Source: an uncultured Nitrospiraceae bacterium
GTDB lineage: Bacteria > Nitrospirota > Nitrospiria > Nitrospirales > Nitrospiraceae
Direction: 5' to 3'
Assembly (NCBI GenBank): GCA_963730935.1
Contig: CAVSTP010000004.1
Location: forward strand, 608,001-672,000
DNA: 64,000 bases
The notes under the pieces were generated by a model. The model did no database searches and was not told where the DNA came from. It worked only from the letters and a program-made list of their open reading frames with translations. This document shows, piece by piece, positions 51,026 through 60,173 of this stretch. The translations under genes were made by a program, and so were the position numbers. Position 1 is the first letter of the stretch; the number at the start of each line of letters is the position of its first letter.

Positions 51026-51202
51026 TTCCCTACTCAGCTGAGAGAGGTCGGACTTAGCGGGTGGCGCCGGTCTGGGAGCCTTTCTCACCCACCCAGCCCC
51101 TGCCGCGCCGAAACGCGGCTTTCACCAAGCGCCCGCAGCGATAACCACTCGCCACTTTCCTTCCCAGAATTGGGTGAGCCAATGCGGTCCTGCTGCACGA
51201 CG

Positions 51203-51269
51203 GCGAGCACTGTTCGATAGTCCGTTCACGCGAAGCGCCAACGGACCGAGTTGCACAGCCGAGCAGATG
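51203..51269 (+). repeat. Repeat module B, copy 1 (hairpin GTCCGTT/AACGGAC)
   Basis: Close match to 53029-53093. Confidence 0.88.
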
Positions 51270-51414
51270 CGAAGCTTAGTACGGTCGGTTGAGGCACTGG
51301 AGCGTGCGGCGTCCCATTCTGTGCTTTGGATGAGCTGATGCAAGGCGCGTGCGGTCGAGGGGAAGCATCGGAGCAAGCAGGATCTCCCGCTGGCACTTGC
51401 CTATTGTCGCCAAT

Positions 51415-52257
51415 TCAGACAGCAGCGATGTGGTTATTGAGCAGTCGGCACCCGGCGAAGAGTGTCGCCTCTTCATTCCGGATCCAGCGGCTGATGACAC
51501 CCAGATAGACAAGCATATCCGCGACCGCCTTAATGTCTTGGATACCGGTATCGGATTGGGCCTCGACGGGATTCACCGGTTTCCCGCGCTCGATGAGGTA
51601 GCACAGGAGCCGCCGCTCGAGGCCTTCGCCGATATCCGCAGCCAGACGCCGCACGAATGGCTCCCACTGGCACCGGCTGGCCGCGACTGCGTGATCACTG
51701 TCTTCACTGTAATGGAGATAGTGGAGAAGCAGCTTCGTCAGGTAGGGGTGATTTCCCGTCCACGCGGCCAGGGAGGTATTCGTATCTTTGCCGATCAACC
51801 GTCGCGTCTCCCCGTCAAGCAGGACTGATAAGGGAAACAGGCGAAAGTTCAGGCCGGTTTCTGTCACGGAGTGGCCCAGCAGTGTCCGGAGCCGTCGGCC
51901 ACCGCTCACCACGACGCCGGCTGTTCCCGCCGCCGACAGGCGCATGAGCAGCGGTGCGATCGCCGGGCCATCGATAGCGTCTAGATTCTCCAACACCACG
52001 ATCGATCCGGAAACCCCATTGAGCGGGGACGACGGATCCGTGCCGCAATCCACCTCGATCACCGTGCGGTCGGACAGTCCTTGCAGAGCGGTACGCACCA
52101 GCGAGGTCTTCCCCAGTTTCGGCCCGCCGATCACCGCCAGGGATTCGCCTCCCGCAATACGCCGACGAAGATTCCTGACCAGGCCTTGTCGACCGATGAA
52201 CGCATCTCCGGTGGCAGGACAAGGAGTGAACGGCGGAATGGATTCACCGATTCTCAA
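51415..52257 (-). CDS. P-loop ATPase (STAND/AAA-like) with probable winged-helix C-terminus
   Basis: FIGR, Walker A GGPKLGKTS, Walker B-like IVVLENLD, TGNHPYL; TTG start with GAGG upstream. Confidence 0.75.
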   Translation of the reverse strand: MRIGESIPPFTPCPATGDAFIGRQGLVRNLRRRIAGGESLAVIGGPKLGKTSLVRTALQGLSDRTVIEVDCGTDPSSPLNGVSGSIVVLENLDAIDGPAIAPLLMRLSAAGTAGVVVSGGRRLRTLLGHSVTETGLNFRLFPLSVLLDGETRRLIGKDTNTSLAAWTGNHPYLTKLLLHYLHYSEDSDHAVAASRCQWEPFVRRLAADIGEGLERRLLCYLIERGKPVNPVEAQSDTGIQDIKAVADMLVYLGVISRWIRNEEATLFAGCRLLNNHIAAV

Positions 52258-52325
52258 GAAGCACCTCGGGATGTAAAGGACGAGCCAATAGGACCCGACT
52301 AAACCACGCGGAGGAACACCTCTGC

Positions 52326-52955
52326 CTAGGTGCCGGCAGGGGCATCTTCCATGGGATCGGCGTAAACTGCTCGCCAGCGATTCAACCCTAGCATTCCCTC
52401 TCCGTAAGGGATCACAGTCACCTGACTTCGATGCTCCGCGATGGCCAGTCTTTTTTTCTCTACATAGGCGTCGATGTATTCGATTCGATCCCATCTTGCG
52501 AACGGACCCCAGACCTCGTACGCCCAGGCGCCTCCGCTTAGCGCGAGACCAGATTCACCCATACTATCTCTCACCAGACTGCCCGCCTGACGGTGGGCCG
52601 TATGCCGATCGAGCTCTTCGTGAAGCGTATAGATCTCAGTAGTCTTAATGTGAGTCATGAGCTCAATCAGTTTTCGCCTGACTGCCTTGACATCGACCTC
52701 GTCCGACGCGTCAGGCTGCGCGCAGAAGATCACGTCCTTCACACCCAAGACCTCCGCTGCCCGCAGCGCCTCAGCCCGCCGCACTTCAGCCATTCGTTGC
52801 TCGGTCCAGCCGAAGGGGTTCGACGCCCGGCCACCGTCTGTCACGATGAGAGAAGTAATCTCGGCTCCTTCCTCAACCAGTTTGGCAACGGTGCCTCCCA
52901 TGCCGATTTCCATGTCATCGGGGTGCGCGCTGACAATGAGAATTTTTCGACTCAT
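52326..52955 (-). CDS. PIG-L/LmbE family deacetylase (C-terminus cut by an amber stop)
   Basis: AHPDDMEIGMGG, TDG, RRAEALRAAEVLG, HTAH, HRSQ. Confidence 0.88.
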   Translation of the reverse strand: MSRKILIVSAHPDDMEIGMGGTVAKLVEEGAEITSLIVTDGGRASNPFGWTEQRMAEVRRAEALRAAEVLGVKDVIFCAQPDASDEVDVKAVRRKLIELMTHIKTTEIYTLHEELDRHTAHRQAGSLVRDSMGESGLALSGGAWAYEVWGPFARWDRIEYIDAYVEKKRLAIAEHRSQVTVIPYGEGMLGLNRWRAVYADPMEDAPAGT

Positions 52956-53028
52956 AGGCTGGATGAATGAGATGTGCCCATTCTACGTTTACGAAGGAAC
53001 CGAGTCCATCGCACAAATGGAAGAGGCT

Positions 53029-53122
53029 GCGAGCAGGTTCGATGGTCCGTTCAGCGAAGCTTCAACGGACCGAGTTGCGGAGCCGAGTAGATGTAGATGC
53101 TCCCTCCAAGCTTGCTCGTTTC
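53029..53122 (+). repeat. Repeat modules B (53029-53093) and A (53097-53122), copy 2
   Basis: Match 51203-51269 and 51000-51025. Confidence 0.88.
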
Positions 53123-53157
53123 CTTCTTTCCTCAGTGACTGACGGCGTGTCCCGAAA

Positions 53158-53351
53158 GGGATGCCTTCGCGTTTTGTGAACGTTACCGGAGGCCCGAGGA
53201 TCCATCAGGCTGAGCCGGGAAGGAAAACTGGAACTGACCGAAGAATCACGGTTGGTACAACCGCGTCTGAGAAAATTCCAGAAGGCTTCCACCCGGCGAA
53301 GCCCCAATGGATCGGGCCGGGAGGTACATGAACAAAACGCGAAGGCATCCC
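53158..53351 (+). repeat. Rod-like structured element C, copy 1
   Basis: Perfect 20-bp closing inverted repeat GGGATGCCTTCGCGTTTTGT / ACAAAACGCGAAGGCATCCC with nested stems; homologous to 55989-56167. Confidence 0.88.
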
Positions 53352-53409
53352 ATCACAAATTTCAAATTCCAAAAAGACCTCCTCACATTTTTCTGGTACT
53401 CTTCCCCCC

Positions 53410-54264
53410 ATGCCTCCCCGCTCCAACCTTCGCTCCCCTCGCCGCCGACGGTCACGCCGCCCCTTTACCCTGAAGAAGCAGTGGCGCTTCATCCGTTGGC
53501 GCTGGCGCGAGGGGCGAGCCTTCGTGCGCGCCCTCTCGGCCGCTCATCTCGCCGTGAGCATTCCCGTCACAATCGTGCTGGTTCTCATAGTCTGGCTTGG
53601 CGTCAATTGGACCTACCACGTCATCAGAAAACCGAGCGAAGTACTATTCCCCTTGGACAGCGCGTTCGACAAAAATTTTGCTGAGACCTGGCGGGAGTAC
53701 GGCCCGCTCTTTCGCGAACATGCCACGGCCGTCATCACTCCCGAATTGCTCGCCGCGCTGGCCCAGGTCGAAGGGAGCGGCAACCCCATCGCCAGAACGT
53801 ACTGGCGCTGGCGCGCGTCGTGGAATCCTCTCGAATGGTATCAGCCAGCTTCAAGTGCGGTAGGCATGTATCAGATCACGTCCGGTACGTTTCAGGCTGC
53901 CAGGCGCTATTGCATTCACGATCATGTTGTTGCGGAGGACGGTCCCTGGCACGATGTCCGGTCATGCTGGTTCAATCGTCTCTACACGCGCGTGCTGCCC
54001 AGTCATGCGATCGAGCTGACGGCCGCTCTCCTCGACCGTCAGGTCGCGCAGGCGATCGGGACCCGATCAGGCGCGACATTGCAAAAGAAGCAGGATCTCG
54101 CCGCGATCATTCACCTGTGCGGGTCCTCGGCCGGGCACGCCTACTCCGCGAGCGGGTTCAAACTCGTTCCCCGGCAGCACTGCGGTGATCACGACGTACA
54201 GACTTACCTTCGGAAGGTTAATCAGGCCAAACAGCAGTTCACCAGGCTGGCAGGACGCGCTTGA
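53410..54264 (+). CDS. Membrane-anchored lytic transglycosylase (SLT-like)
   Basis: TM helix; LLAALAQVEGSGNP; SSAVGMYQI. Confidence 0.8.
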   Translation: MPPRSNLRSPRRRRSRRPFTLKKQWRFIRWRWREGRAFVRALSAAHLAVSIPVTIVLVLIVWLGVNWTYHVIRKPSEVLFPLDSAFDKNFAETWREYGPLFREHATAVITPELLAALAQVEGSGNPIARTYWRWRASWNPLEWYQPASSAVGMYQITSGTFQAARRYCIHDHVVAEDGPWHDVRSCWFNRLYTRVLPSHAIELTAALLDRQVAQAIGTRSGATLQKKQDLAAIIHLCGSSAGHAYSASGFKLVPRQHCGDHDVQTYLRKVNQAKQQFTRLAGRA

Positions 54265-54409
54265 ACCGTAACATGAGATTGATGTTTTAGGGGGAAACAC
54301 GCGAATACGTGCAGAGAATTCGTTTCTGCTGGTCGGCTAGCCCCCACCCCGCTTCTTGTGATAACCTGAGACTACACTCGCCGGTTCGACCGTAAGGCAA
54401 TCACAACCG

Positions 54410-55264
54410 ATGAAGATCATCCGCGCAGGTCGACTCCTGCTCATCACCGTTCTGTTCGTATCGCTGGCCTTTGCCGGGTGCGTGGCCACGACATTGGTGT
54501 ATAACCATGCCGATTGGCTGATCGCGCGTCAGATCGACGGCTACTTCGATCTCAACCGTTCGCAAAAAAGGTTTCTCTCGTCGCGGTTGAGCGACATTCT
54601 GAGCCATCATCGTCACGAAGCGCTGCCCCGCTATGAATCGGTGCTGCACCAGGCCAGAGACCGCGCACAGGACGGGCTGACTCCAGACGACCTCGACTGG
54701 GCCTTCCTCCAATACGATCAGCTGAGAGTCGATCTCTTTGCTCGCTTCGTGTCCGATGGAACGGAATTCGTCCGCCAGGTCAACGATCCCCAGGTCAGCC
54801 GGTTGAAGAAAGCGTTGCAGAGCCACTTGGCGCAGGCGGAAGCCCTGCTTCAAGATGATGTCGCCGTACGCCTGACCAAGCGTACGGAGCGAATCCTCGG
54901 CTTGGCCAGAGAATGGCTGGGGCCGCTCTCGATGCAGCAGGAACAGGAGATCACCCGCCTGACGATGAACTTTCCCGATACGTTGCCCTTCTGGTATGCC
55001 CACCAGAAGCACCGTCATGAGCAACTCGTGGCGTTGATCGAATCTCGAAAAAGCGATCAGACGGCCGCGCGGCTTGAGGATTGGTTGGTCAACCAGGACA
55101 AAGACGCAGATCCACAGTTCGCCGAGATGATGAAGCAGCTGCGCCGCCACATTACAGGTCTGGCAATCAGCCTCGATCGCTCCGCCACCGCGGCACAGCG
55201 TCGGCACTTCCTCTCCAAGGTGGACGAACTTGCGGCCACCGTCCGGCGTCTGCAAGCCGCCTAG
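54410..55264 (+). CDS. Helical lipoprotein (DUF6279-like)
   Basis: Lipobox FAGC; YNHADWL...YFDL...Q...HRHEALPRY. Confidence 0.75.
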   Translation: MKIIRAGRLLLITVLFVSLAFAGCVATTLVYNHADWLIARQIDGYFDLNRSQKRFLSSRLSDILSHHRHEALPRYESVLHQARDRAQDGLTPDDLDWAFLQYDQLRVDLFARFVSDGTEFVRQVNDPQVSRLKKALQSHLAQAEALLQDDVAVRLTKRTERILGLAREWLGPLSMQQEQEITRLTMNFPDTLPFWYAHQKHRHEQLVALIESRKSDQTAARLEDWLVNQDKDADPQFAEMMKQLRRHITGLAISLDRSATAAQRRHFLSKVDELAATVRRLQAA

Positions 55265-55494
55265 ATCTTCAATCCCCGACCAGCTGGCCCGTCTCCGGAT
55301 CGATCCCGGCGAACATCGTGCGGGGCTGGCCGCCGATGGGGCCGATCTGGCTGGACGCCGCTCGACGGCGGCGGTTAGCGCTTCGGTCTTCTCAACAGCA
55401 CCCCTACCGCGGCTTCGCGCACCCTGTTATCGCTGTCGCTGTCGGCGACCCTCGTCAGGGCCGGCTAGATAGGGCGCCTCGAGCGCTCAGGTGA

Positions 55495-55956
55495 CTATCC
55501 TATCCGCTGTTCAAGCTCATCGATCAAGACCCGTTGGCCGGGAAGAAGCTTCCGTCTCGCCAGCGCAACGTCGCACCAGAGTGCGCGATCGACTTCTGGA
55601 AAACTTTGCACGCGTCCCGACTCTGGGGGCCATTCCATAGAAAAGCTGTTGCTGCGGATGGACGCGGCATCGAGATCCCCTTCGACCGCCCATGCCCGGA
55701 TAATTTTTCCGCTTGGCTGCTTGGCCGGCGGCAACTCGACGCAAGACCCGCTCAGTTCCGCTCCGGTCTCTTCAGCAAATTCCCGTTTCGCCACCGACAG
55801 CGGATCTTCACCTTCGACATACTCCCCCTTCGGAATCGACCAGGCACCGTCGTCTTTCTTGGCCCAGAACGGACCGCCGGGATGGACGAGCAACACTTCG
55901 ATTCCCGTTTCACGCCTCCGATAGAGGACAATTCCCGCACTCAGCTTTGCAGCCAT
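55495..55956 (-). CDS. NUDIX hydrolase
   Basis: HPGGPFW, PKGEY...AKREFAEETG, FPEVDR. Confidence 0.9.
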   Translation of the reverse strand: MAAKLSAGIVLYRRRETGIEVLLVHPGGPFWAKKDDGAWSIPKGEYVEGEDPLSVAKREFAEETGAELSGSCVELPPAKQPSGKIIRAWAVEGDLDAASIRSNSFSMEWPPESGRVQSFPEVDRALWCDVALARRKLLPGQRVLIDELEQRIG

Positions 55957-55988
55957 CCGTGATGTATCACTTTCTACAACAAGGCTAC

Positions 55989-56167
55989 CTTGGCCTTCGC
56001 GAACGTTACCGGAGGAGCGAGGTATCCACCGGGCTGAGCCGGGAAGGAAAACTGGAACTGACCGAAGCACCGCGGTTGTGAACAACCGCGGCTGAGAGAA
56101 TTCCAGAAGGCCTTCCGCCCGGCGAAGCCCGAAAGGATCGCTCCGGGAGGACGTGAGCGAGGTCAAG
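55989..56167 (+). repeat. Rod-like structured element C, copy 2
   Basis: Shared core GGCTGAGCCGGGAAGGAAAACTGGAACTGACCGAAG; apical hairpin CCGCGGTTGT-GA-ACAACCGCGG. Confidence 0.88.
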
Positions 56168-56184
56168 ACAGCCGTTCTCCCCTC

Positions 56185-56610
56185 CTAGCCTTCCAGCTTG
56201 GCATTCATCTCGATGGTCGTATTCAACAATTTTGAGATCGGGCAGCCGGTTTTTGCTGCCTGCGCGGCCTTGTCCCATGCCGCCTGATCTGCTTTTGGCA
56301 CACGTCCTTTGACATCGAGAAGGATGTGCGTCACCGCCCAGCCCGCCTCAAGTTTGTCCAAGGTCACCGTGGCCTTCGTCTCTAGTTTCTCTGGCGTCAA
56401 TCCGGCATTGCCCAACTGCGCGGAAAGCGCCATAGTGAAACAGCTAGCGTGGGCGGCGGCAATCAATTCCTCCGGATTGGTGCCTTTCCCGTTTTCAAAG
56501 CGCGTCCCGAAGGAATACTGCTGGTTGGTCAACACCCCGCTGTCACTCGACACCGTTCCTTTGCCACTTTTCAAATCGCCTTGCCAGACCGCCGATCCTG
56601 AACGTTTCAT
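56185..56610 (-). CDS. osmC: OsmC peroxiredoxin
   Basis: AVWQGDLKSGKG, GTNPEELIAAAHASCF, CPISK. Confidence 0.93.
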   Translation of the reverse strand: MKRSGSAVWQGDLKSGKGTVSSDSGVLTNQQYSFGTRFENGKGTNPEELIAAAHASCFTMALSAQLGNAGLTPEKLETKATVTLDKLEAGWAVTHILLDVKGRVPKADQAAWDKAAQAAKTGCPISKLLNTTIEMNAKLEG

Positions 56611-56687
56611 GGGTCCCTCCAGTTAGAATGATCGTACGATGCAATCGTCGGCGCCAATCTACGCCGGCGAGGGTTAGACGGCCCGTA

Positions 56688-57242
56688 TTATGGACCATGC
56701 ACGTCTGGCCGTGGGTCTGGGACAAACCCGTGACGGTTCGGCATCTGGACCGCCGGAAGCGTCGCCGAATCGATCACAGCATTCTCGGCGATGATACCGT
56801 TTTGATGGAGCAGCCAGGCGGTCACAGAATACACTTCGTCCGGCGTCAGGGATTGCGGCGCATCAAGGGGCATGGCGCGGTGAATGTAATCGTAGAGGGT
56901 TGTTGCATAAGGCCAATAGCTTCCGATGGTTTTTACCGGGGCGGTCGTGGTCAGGCTGTGTTGGCCGCCGACCAACCGGTCCATCGGGCCTTCGGTTCCG
57001 GATGCGCCGTGACACCTCGCGCATTTCGCAGCATAGACTGTAGCGCCCTGAGGGACAGTGCCTCGGCCCGGCGGCAACCCTTCGCCGCTCGGAGCGACAT
57101 CGATATTCCAGAGACGAATGTCTTCGGCCGTCGCCGGTTGTCCCAACCCCAGGTGGGCCGGTTCTTCCTCTGCCGGACGATTCGTCATCACACAGCCGGC
57201 TAACAGCGCCAGTATCAGGCTTAGCGTGCCATGCTTACGCAT
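56688..57242 (-). CDS. Monoheme cytochrome c lipoprotein (SoxD/SorB-like)
   Basis: Lipobox LAGC, GLPPGRG, CARCH, TIGSYWPYATTLYDYI...AMP. Confidence 0.88.
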   Translation of the reverse strand: MRKHGTLSLILALLAGCVMTNRPAEEEPAHLGLGQPATAEDIRLWNIDVAPSGEGLPPGRGTVPQGATVYAAKCARCHGASGTEGPMDRLVGGQHSLTTTAPVKTIGSYWPYATTLYDYIHRAMPLDAPQSLTPDEVYSVTAWLLHQNGIIAENAVIDSATLPAVQMPNRHGFVPDPRPDVHGP

Positions 57243-58521
57243 GGATGTTTCGCACTCGTCCATCCCGGTCGACTTTCCAGCTTTGGATGCCATTATAGTG
57301 GTAGCTCGATTGGGAACCACGGACCTTGATCAGCGCATCCCGGGACGGTTGCCGGTATCCTGTTTGGTCCACGCACCGGCTTTGGAGCACCGTCTCCTCG
57401 CCATTCCAGGTCCAGGGGATACGAAATCTTGTGTGGCACTTGGACAGCACGGGTTCCTGCAGTTCCGCGGTGCGCCAAGTTCGCCCCCCGTCCACTGTCA
57501 CCTCGACCTTCACGACCCGTCCCCTTCCGCTCCAAGCTAAACCGCGAATCTCCTGAAAGCCGGGACGGATCTGCTGGCGCCCTGACGGACTCGTAATCAC
57601 CGATTTGGCTTCCATGACCAGGCTGAATTGATAGGCGGTGCCATTGGGCATGAGATCGGTATATTTCGAGGTCTCCCAGCGTGTCATGAAGGGTGTCGAC
57701 CCCACCTTCAGGCGGCGAAGCCATTTGATGTTGATGTTGCCCTCGAAACCAGGAAGAAGGAGACGGACCGGATAGCCCTGCTCCGGCCGCAAGGCTTCCC
57801 CGTTTTGCCCGTAGCACACCATGGCGTCTGAGAGAACCTCACCCGTCAGTGGCACGCTTCTGTTCAACCCGGCGGCGTCGCCGCCTTCTGCTAGCACCCA
57901 TGCTGCCTCCGGTTTCAGCCCCGCCGCCTCCAACAGGGTGGCGAGTTTGACGCCCGTCCACTCGCTGGTGCTCGTCAGGCCATGCAATTCCTGAACGGTG
58001 TGATCTTGCGCGTCGCGCCACTCATGACGGCTGTTTCCGGCGCATTCGATGAACGCCAGCCGAGAGACCGACGGGAAGCGCTGTAAGTCGTCGAGCGTGA
58101 AGAGCACCGGCCGCGCGACCAGGCCATGAAGTAGGAGTCGATGCCGCGAGGGATCGATCGCCGGCACGCCGTTATGGTGTCGTTCGAAGTGCAGGGATGA
58201 AGGTGTCACGATGCCGTGAAGGTCCTGGAGCGGTGTGAGGGAATGGGATTCTCCAGCGGATCTGCTCGCCGACTCGAACGTGGACCGCTGGCCATAGGAC
58301 CGCGCCGGCGAGCCGGGAACCAGCATGGGGTCGGAACCTAGATCCGCAGCGAAGGACGTTGCCTTCGGCAATAGCAGCGCCGAGGAACTCAGGGCGATCA
58401 GCGATGCGCCGCCCGTGAGGAAATGCCGGCGGCCGATGGTCCGTGCAAGGCCGCCTGAAGCCTTTCCAGCTTCGGACGCCGAGGACCGGTCCGCCTTCTC
58501 CCGATCGCCTTTTCTCTTCAT
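57235..58521 (-). CDS. soxC: Tat-exported molybdopterin sulfite dehydrogenase (SoxC/SorA family)
   Basis: Tat RRHFL, TPSSLHFERHH, ECAGN, QNGEALRPEQGYPVR, KWL, GLAWSG. Confidence 0.88.
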   Translation of the reverse strand: MKRKGDREKADRSSASEAGKASGGLARTIGRRHFLTGGASLIALSSSALLLPKATSFAADLGSDPMLVPGSPARSYGQRSTFESASRSAGESHSLTPLQDLHGIVTPSSLHFERHHNGVPAIDPSRHRLLLHGLVARPVLFTLDDLQRFPSVSRLAFIECAGNSRHEWRDAQDHTVQELHGLTSTSEWTGVKLATLLEAAGLKPEAAWVLAEGGDAAGLNRSVPLTGEVLSDAMVCYGQNGEALRPEQGYPVRLLLPGFEGNINIKWLRRLKVGSTPFMTRWETSKYTDLMPNGTAYQFSLVMEAKSVITSPSGRQQIRPGFQEIRGLAWSGRGRVVKVEVTVDGGRTWRTAELQEPVLSKCHTRFRIPWTWNGEETVLQSRCVDQTGYRQPSRDALIKVRGSQSSYHYNGIQSWKVDRDGRVRNIHA

Positions 58522-58524
58522 GGA

Positions 58525-59538
58525 TTATTTGTATCCGACCACCATGCCATCGGGCCCGGTCAGCGCCTCGACCTTCGTCCGGCTGAAGCCGGCCTCCTTC
58601 ATCCACTTGCGGCAATCGGCACCGGTAAAATCAAACCCTCCGTGTGTTTCGATAAGCATGTTCAGACTCATCAGAAGGCCGAAGGCGTTGGTCTTTCGCT
58701 CATCGTCGATCAACGCTTCATGCACGATGAGCGCACCCTTCGGCGGCAGGGCCGCATAGGCCTTGCGCAGCAGCATCATCTTGTCGTCGAGATTCCAGTC
58801 GTGAAGGATATGGCCCATGATGATCACGTCTGCCTGCGGCATGGATTCTTTGAAAAAATCGCCCGGCACGAATCGCAGGCGCGAGTCCACGCCCCGCGCC
58901 TTGGCATAGGCTTCGAAGACTGGTTGCACCACGGGCAGGTCCATGCCCATGCCGGTGAGGTGTTTATGGGCCAGCGCCATCTCGACGGCCACCCCGCCCT
59001 GTGCGCAGCCGACGTCCACGAAGGTACGGTATTGTTTCCAGGGAAATTTCTTGGCGATGACCCTGGCGGAGCCGAGACTGAGACCGGTCATGGCCTTGAG
59101 GAACCCTTCAAGCCGTTGAGGGTCCGCATAGAGCGTCCCGAAAAAGTCTTCGCCTGTCTTGGCCTCGTTCTGCGCCTTTCCGGTGCGCAGCCCTTCCGTC
59201 AACGAACCCCAAAACCGGTAGAGACGGGTATTGGCCATTTCCAGGATGCCGCCCACATAGGAGGATTTGTTGCGGTCCAGAAACAGCGCCGTTTCCGGGG
59301 TATTGGCATAGCGCGTCCCTGTTCGCTTGAGCATGCCCAAGGCCACGAGCGCGTCGAAGAAGTCCCGTGCACTTCGCGGGTGCAATCCCAGCTGCAGCCT
59401 CAGCGTCTCGGCATCGCGTGGTCCAAGCGCCAAGACGGTGAAGAGTCCTAACTCAATGGCGCTCAGCAGGGTCTTTGAACCCAAAAATCCGACGCCCAGC
59501 TGCATGATCTTCGCGGGAGAGAGGGCTCGCTTTGCCAT
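58525..59538 (-). CDS. SAM-dependent O-methyltransferase (dimerisation + Methyltransf_2)
   Basis: DVGCAQG, DLP, GDFF, ILHDW. Confidence 0.9.
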   Translation of the reverse strand: MAKRALSPAKIMQLGVGFLGSKTLLSAIELGLFTVLALGPRDAETLRLQLGLHPRSARDFFDALVALGMLKRTGTRYANTPETALFLDRNKSSYVGGILEMANTRLYRFWGSLTEGLRTGKAQNEAKTGEDFFGTLYADPQRLEGFLKAMTGLSLGSARVIAKKFPWKQYRTFVDVGCAQGGVAVEMALAHKHLTGMGMDLPVVQPVFEAYAKARGVDSRLRFVPGDFFKESMPQADVIIMGHILHDWNLDDKMMLLRKAYAALPPKGALIVHEALIDDERKTNAFGLLMSLNMLIETHGGFDFTGADCRKWMKEAGFSRTKVEALTGPDGMVVGYK

Positions 59539-59571
59539 AGCCACGTCCTTTCTTCAGCCAGCAGTACGGAC

Positions 59572-59600
59572 AGGCTACGCATGCCACCGGAAGGTGTCAA
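59572..59600 (-). promoter_or_regulatory. Putative sigma70 promoter of the methyltransferase-soxC-cytochrome c operon
   Basis: TTGACA-17 nt-TAGCCT on minus strand. Confidence 0.6.
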
Positions 59601-59647
59601 CGGGGTCGAGAAGACGAAGGTGAGATCACAGGGAGGATCGAATAGCA

Positions 59648-59672
59648 CCGGCGGGAGGTCTGCCCCCGCCGG
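59648..59672 (-). terminator. Hairpin downstream of the truncated haemoglobin gene
   Basis: CCGGCGGG...CCCGCCGG 8-bp stem; weak U tract. Confidence 0.45.
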
Positions 59673-59684
59673 ACAGGGCCCCAT

Positions 59685-60125
59685 CTATTTCTTTTCCACG
59701 ATGTCGGCCTTCATCGGCCCAAGCACGGCGAGCAGTTCATCCTTCTCTACCTTCCCGACCTTGTGATGGTCCAGCGCCGCGAGCAGATCTTCCACTAAGG
59801 CGCCGAAAGCAGCATCGGTTACCCCCATTCCGGCATGGGTCTGTTTCATCGTCCGGCCGGTATATTTGCACGGACCGCCGCTGGCCTCGCAAATCTGATT
59901 GACCAAATGCATCTTGAGCTTCGTGAGATCAGTGCTTGCAAAATACACGTTGATCCGCTTGTCTCCACCGACTTTTGCGACGAACGTGTCGACCACGGCG
60001 GTAATCGAGTCCTTGCCGCCAAGCCGCTCATACAGTGACTTCCCTTTGGAGCCCTCTGCCCAGGCAGCTCCCGTTGACACCAGCACGCTCAAGACCACGA
60101 CGATGATGATTCTCTTCCCCATCAT
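59685..60125 (-). CDS. Group I truncated haemoglobin with signal peptide
   Basis: SLYERLGG, F at CD1, GGPCKYTGRTM...H(F8); signal peptide ending AWA. Confidence 0.9.
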   Translation of the reverse strand: MMGKRIIIVVVLSVLVSTGAAWAEGSKGKSLYERLGGKDSITAVVDTFVAKVGGDKRINVYFASTDLTKLKMHLVNQICEASGGPCKYTGRTMKQTHAGMGVTDAAFGALVEDLLAALDHHKVGKVEKDELLAVLGPMKADIVEKK

Positions 60126-60173
60126 GCCCTCCTTCTCGTGATGACCATGGACGCCTAGGACCTGATTGCTCGG

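Noticed and set aside
51203..53093. Module B as integron attC sites
   Set aside because: No RYYYAAC...GTTRRRY core sites on either strand at the ends, and no integrase in the window.
53158..53351. Element C as SRP (4.5S) RNA or 6S RNA
   Set aside because: CCGGGAAGGAA resembles the SRP GGAAGGAAGCAG motif, but the GUCAGG...GCAGC loop and apical GNRA position are absent. There is no single large central bubble as in 6S, and the element is duplicated.
55957..56166. N-terminal extension of the NUDIX ORF, and ORFs at 53062-53492
   Set aside because: These are translations of repeat element C; their mutual similarity reflects the DNA repeat.
51000..56167. CRISPR array
   Set aside because: Repeats are kilobases apart with no regular spacers and no cas genes.
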